From positions 19,428,530-19,454,288 of the forward strand of contig JANKJI020000002.1 of NCBI GenBank assembly GCA_024626585.2: 25,759 nt of DNA. Direction: 5' to 3'. The notes below the pieces were generated by a model. The model was given only the letters and a program-made list of their open reading frames with translations, was not told where the DNA came from and searched no databases. The position numbers were made by a program, and so were the translations under genes. This DNA is from Ginkgo biloba (taxonomy: Eukaryota > Plantae > Ginkgophyta). The stretch's first letter is position 1. Each line of letters begins with the position of its first letter. Shown here piece after piece: positions 20,538 through 25,759 of the stretch.

Positions 20538-23500
20538 NNNNNNNNNNNNNNNNNNNNNNNNNNNNNNNNNNNNNNNNNNNNNNNNNNNNNNNNNNNNNNN
20601 NNNNNNNNNNNNNNNNNNNNNNNNNNNNNNNNNNNNNAAATATTTGTATATAAATATTCCTCTTTGGAGAGAGGGTCTCCTAGGGTCATAACAAGTATTC
20701 TTCCTCCTTTTTTCAATTTGAAATTTGATCTTCCTACGTCAAAATTTTAACTTTCCTTAGTATTTAGGTGTGTTATTCAATGTAATTTAATTATCCATTG
20801 ATTCATGTGGATTCCTCTCTTTTTGGGGTTTCTTACTACTACTTCAATTTATGAAAGGAGAGACTAATTTACCATTGCAAATTACTCTTTTTAAAGCATA
20901 AGGGAAATGAATCAAATGGGTTTGATTTCATGTTTTTTCATTTAAGTTTGAATTGAAATACTTAGGGGTTATTTATTTTTCTTTCCTCTTACTCCTAGTC
21001 ATCGAGGATCAGGAAGAGAAAGAGTGGATTATCATTTCCTTTGGTCTTAATGTTTCATGTTCAAACCTAATTTTTAGGAGGTCTAGATCATATTAGTAAA
21101 TTAAAATTCATTATTGAATGAATTTTATCAAATATAGAATCATTTCTCTTCATGTTCTTTCTCTTACTATTTGTTTGAAAATAAAAAGGTAGTAAGTGGA
21201 GAGTTGATGAGTTTTTTTTTTTTCGTATTCATATTTCATTTGAATTCTAAATAAAATGAAATTTACATACCTAATCTATTTGTTAAGGAACAAAAAATAG
21301 GAATATTTACCCCTATATTGTATAGTACCTCTTTTGAGGCCTCTTTATTAATGTTAGGATATTTATCAATCCTTCAACCTAAATAGGGATCTCTCTCGTA
21401 GTCCTTATCCTTACAAGCACTCCATCTACACATTATTCAATAATTTTATACTAAAGTTTAATAAACATCAATTACATTGATTTCATTTTCATGGGAATTC
21501 GGGAAAGTGAAAGAATCCCATTTGTTTNNNNNNNNNNNNNNNNNNNNNNNNNNNNNNNNNNNNNNNNNNNNNNNGATCACATACTTTATCATTTCAAATA
21601 CACATTTACATATTTGATGTGTATTAAAGGAATAGGATAGTGCCTCCTAGTAATTGGGATGATTCTTAGGTGATCACACTAGGATGGTGTTGATACACCC
21701 TCCTCACATATTTTAGCAACTCTATTAGGGACTACATACCATAGTCTACCTTAAATTCATCCCTCCTTTCCTATCCTTAGTGATTTGAGTAGGTCATAGG
21801 TGTTTGGAGTTAAGTATAAGACTCTAAGTTCATATACTATATTGTTAGGACAAATACCCCTTGTGGTCATATAGTAGGTCCCTAATATCTTCATTTTTCT
21901 AGCTAATCAAAGATCAATGGTAGTGGTAAAGTGGATTATTGGCATCGCCATTCTCTTAAAACCCTGCCTACAAACCCCAAGATGGTTAGGTAAAAATGTT
22001 TCTTTATCAAGTGATTCTAGGGAGTGATCATTTTCTTTGGATAAGGAAATATAATATTTATTACTCTCACTAATGAATTGATATGGGTCTATGCATGTAT
22101 TTTGAGGTTTGATTAGTGATGGTGATACATCATTGATATCCTCTTAATGGGTCTAAAGGGTTCTCACTATTCCTAATGCAAATGTTGCTTTCAATCCCTC
22201 CAAGTATTAAGGGGTTTAATTTGAGTTCATAATATAGGTCTGAGGAGGTTTTTATTGATGAGGTTAAAAAGTGACGCATGCCTAGGGAGAACCCCCAATA
22301 ATACTATATGTAATCTTAGGACTAGTACACTTAGAGGTTGTTAGATTCTATACCACATATTACAATTGTTAAATAAAGGATGATTTCCATAATACCTTTT
22401 TTTAATATTTATAGGATCCATTTGATTTTCTTATCCTAGATCATATATTTCTTATTAGATTAACCTTTATCCTAGGGAAAAACTACTTTAGATTTTATTT
22501 TTTTATTTTTATTTTTATTTTACTTGTTTCCTCCCATTCCATCATAGAATCACATCCTTAATCAGAACCATTGCATGGGGGAATCACTTATCCTAAAGGT
22601 AATTAGGCNNNNNNNNNNNNNNNNNNNNNNNNNNNNNNNNNNNNNNNNNNNNNNNNNNNNNNNNNNNNNNNNNNNNNNNNNNNNNNNNNNNNNNNNNNNN
22701 NNNNNNNNNNNNNNNNNNNNNNNNNNNNNNNNNNNNNNNNNNNNNNNNNNNNNNNNNNNNNNNNNNNNNNNNNNNNNNNNNNNNNNNNNNNNNNNNNNNN
22801 NNNNNNNNNNNNNNNNNNNNNNNNNNNNNNNNNNNNNNNNNNNNNNNNNNNNNNNNNNNNNNNNNNNNNNNNNNNNNNNNNNNNNNNNNNNNNNNNNNNN
22901 NNNNNNNNNNNNNNNNNNNNNNNNNNNNNNNNNNNNNNNNNNNNNNNNNNNNNNNNNNNNNNNNNNNNNNNNNNNNNNNNNNNNNNNNNNNNNNNNNNNN
23001 NNNNNNNNNNNNNNNNNNNNNNNNNNNNNNNNNNNNNNNNNNNNNNNNNNNNNNNNNNNNNNNNNNNNNNNNNNNNNNNNNNNNNNNNNNNNNNNNNNNN
23101 NNNNNNNNNNNNNNNNNNNNNNNNNNNNNNNNNNNNNNNNNNNNNNNNNNNNNNNNNNNNNNNNNNNNNNNNNNNNNNNNNNNNNNNNNNNNNNNNNNNN
23201 NNNNNNNNNNNNNNNNNNNNNNNNNNNNNNNNNACACCATTCCTTTTGGTTATGGCCATCCATTTTCCTTGTATTTGATGGACATCCCTTGATAAACGAT
23301 TGCTTATTGGTATTGTTGATGGTAAAATCCACCAGTTATTTTTTTGTTGGTAATAAACTACTACATTATAGTATATATACATCTAGAGTTTCACTCTTAG
23401 ATTAAATTGATTAGGTGGCTAAGCCTTTCTTTTACTTCACCATCTATGGATATTCAAACCAATTCTTANNNNNNNNNNTGCCATAATAGATCTTCTACGT

Positions 23501-25655
23501 ATATAATGGATTGTATGCCTTAACTGTTGAGAGTGTGTATATAATATTACTTTTGTTAATATACTAGGGGAATACAATGGATCATAATTAAACCTCTATT
23601 AAATAAATTTGGCATTGATTATTAATCAGGATGGTTGACTAATACAACTCAAACACATAAAAAGACTTAAAGAAAATTATCTAACCTCCTTATAAATATT
23701 TCAACTAAATTGATCACATACCAATTCTTATAAATTCATGTACTTATCAACTAAAACCAATAAAATAAATAATAATATATGAGTTATATAAAGAGAACCA
23801 AGTTTATTACATTATAGAAATAGGAATAGATTACATTAAAATTATAGACCATTCATGGCTAAGATCGAGTTCTAAGCCCTTATAATATATTTTTTTCTTA
23901 TCACTTCGATTATTAAAGGCTTATTATATAATTTATAATACAACAATAATCTCAATAGAGGTATCTCTCTACTCACTTTCATAAAATGATAGATGTGATC
24001 TCCATCAAATTGTACTATTCTTCACAAAAAATAATAAAAAACCAGAAAGGCTCCTTGATCCATTTTAAAATAGGAGGTGAATGTCTCCCTTACATGAAAT
24101 TTAATGGGGATTCCTTTATTTAACTATCCCTTTAAAAAGTGTGTTAGAAGTTTCTATTGACTATGACCTATAGTTTTTTTAAGTCTTCTATTATAACTTG
24201 CCATCTAATTCATTACTAGTGTTTGGTAGATCAATAGTGACTAGTTGGAATTGATCTTGGTTTCTTGGATGATGTGGATGATGTTTTATATGACACACTA
24301 GATAAATATTCCTTAAAGAGATATTTGGTGAGTGAATCCTTCGTACTTATGATAACTAATCTTTCCAGATAAGGAACAATCGGGTGACTAGTTTGATCTA
24401 TTAAGATGAGTACTGACGAAGATCTTAAAACTATCCTGATAATATATCCATACATGTCCTACTATGAAACTGACTCTTTATTATATACTATGGTATAATA
24501 TTAGAGTAGGTATATAAGGTCATTGAATAAGGTAGATGTTTATGTCAAAATCAATATGGCNNNNNNNNNNNNNNNNNNNNNNNNNNNNNNNNNNNNNNNN
24601 NNNNNNNNNNNNNNNNNNNNNNNNNNNNNNNNATTTCTAAAGGACTCATTGGATGATAAGGAAAAGGGAATGTATCCATTAAAATAAGTACATTGAACTA
24701 GTGAAAATTTCTATAAGCGACTGACCAGTTATTAAGGGAGATACAACCTGACTAGCACTTATAAGTTGAACTAGAAGAAGGATCATAAGGACACTCTACT
24801 TAATAATTAGTATTTCACCTTATGGAGTTGATTATTCTAGCATTGATAAATATATAACTCCTATTACTGATATTTCCAAAGCTATGATCAATATCTTATG
24901 GAAGATCACCTGACATATCCCCTTAAGTTCCTACTATATTAAAGCCTCAATTGTAACCAATTAGGAATGAATATACCTATATTTACTTTTAAATTATCAT
25001 AATAGTACTAAGTTATCTATTTATTTACCATAAAAATCTATCTATGACCCTTCTAAGGAGGCCATTTATTGTAATCTTATTATATTCCTTCATCACAACC
25101 TAGGCCCTTTATCTCTAATAGGTTGCATTAAGCTATTGATCCTAAAGGGTTTTTACCTATTTTGACACTATAGCTACAATGATGAATGTAGTGGAATACT
25201 TATACATGGAAGAATGATCCCATTGTGACCATTACAATTAATGTTGAGTAAGGACTATATGTATTAGTAATGCCTCTACTCAACCCTCATTTGGATGACA
25301 TCCTGCTCTCTTAGCAGTAAAGTCCACCACTCTAGCCACATTTTATTTTTTTTACTTAAGAATCATTTCTTATAGGACNNNNNNNNNNNNNNNNNNNNNN
25401 NNNNNNNNNNNNNNNNNNNNNNNNNNNNNNNNNNNNNNNNNNNNNNNNNNNNNNNNNNNNNNNNNTCAGGATTGCCTCAATAATATCCAACCAGTATTGA
25501 ATCATCTATAAATGGATTTAGAGGGAATTGAGATTGCACTTTGATTTATCTACCTCTTCCTTATATTAATTAAGATTAGACAATGTATAAGTATTAACCA
25601 CTACTGATGTTAATGAGGAGGCTAATGTCATGATGGCATGCTTATGAGGTCTAAT

Positions 25656-25748
25656 ATCTTCTACACCCTCAATAATCATAAGTGGATTTCCTTCAATATG
25701 AAGTTCTACATGAAACTAGATTTATTTATTCAATAATTCCATACCTTC
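25656..25748 (-). mobile_element. Possible RNase H-like (RVT_3 type, as in plant L1 or Tat elements) remnant
   Basis: Translation EGMELLNK*I*FHVELHIEGNPLMIIEGVED resembles the ..GL.LA...G...L.IEGDS.L+I motif; short and decayed. Confidence 0.3.
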
Positions 25749-25759
25749 TCAAAGAGAAT

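Larger units (their letters stand above)
15455..25759. mobile_element. Heavily decayed retroelement-derived region (mostly minus-strand fossil frames), family unresolved
   Basis: Same CG/CHG depletion. Contains a duplicated 600-bp segment, a fossil coiled-coil frame, an internal tandem array and an RNase H-like remnant. No intact RT or integrase motifs recognised. Confidence 0.55.

Noticed and set aside
22562-23405. Long ORFs spanning N runs (also 6624-7331, 2725-2955, 4061-4469, 18861-19118, 20492-20750)
   Set aside because: Their length comes from X residues; artefacts of gaps.

Overview
Gap-riddled (many placeholder N runs), AT-rich eukaryotic genomic window, most likely from a large land-plant genome (gymnosperm-like; inferred from the gene family, the Ty3/gypsy gag remnant and strong CG/CHG decay). 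One well-supported host gene: a minus-strand ORF starting at 10674 encoding a plant SMI1/KNR4(SUKH)-like protein of the At2g22790/At3g50340/At5g67020 type, whose readable part ends at a 100-N gap (9613-9712). An in-frame 45-codon continuation lies at 8835-8698. The two parts are separated by an AT-rich block flanked by an exact 8-bp direct repeat (AAATATTT), which suggests an insertion or intron in the 3' part of the gene. The gene sits in a CpG-retaining island (~6.1-14.5 kb) flanked by heavily C-to-T-decayed retroelement debris: a gag remnant, a fossil coiled-coil ORF between two ~600-bp direct repeats, a ~145-bp tandem array and a possible RNase H remnant. No prokaryotic features, RNA genes or CRISPR arrays were seen. 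I found no firmly supportable new biological system; the best leads are the interrupted SUKH-like gene and the repeat-flanked fossil coiled-coil ORF.
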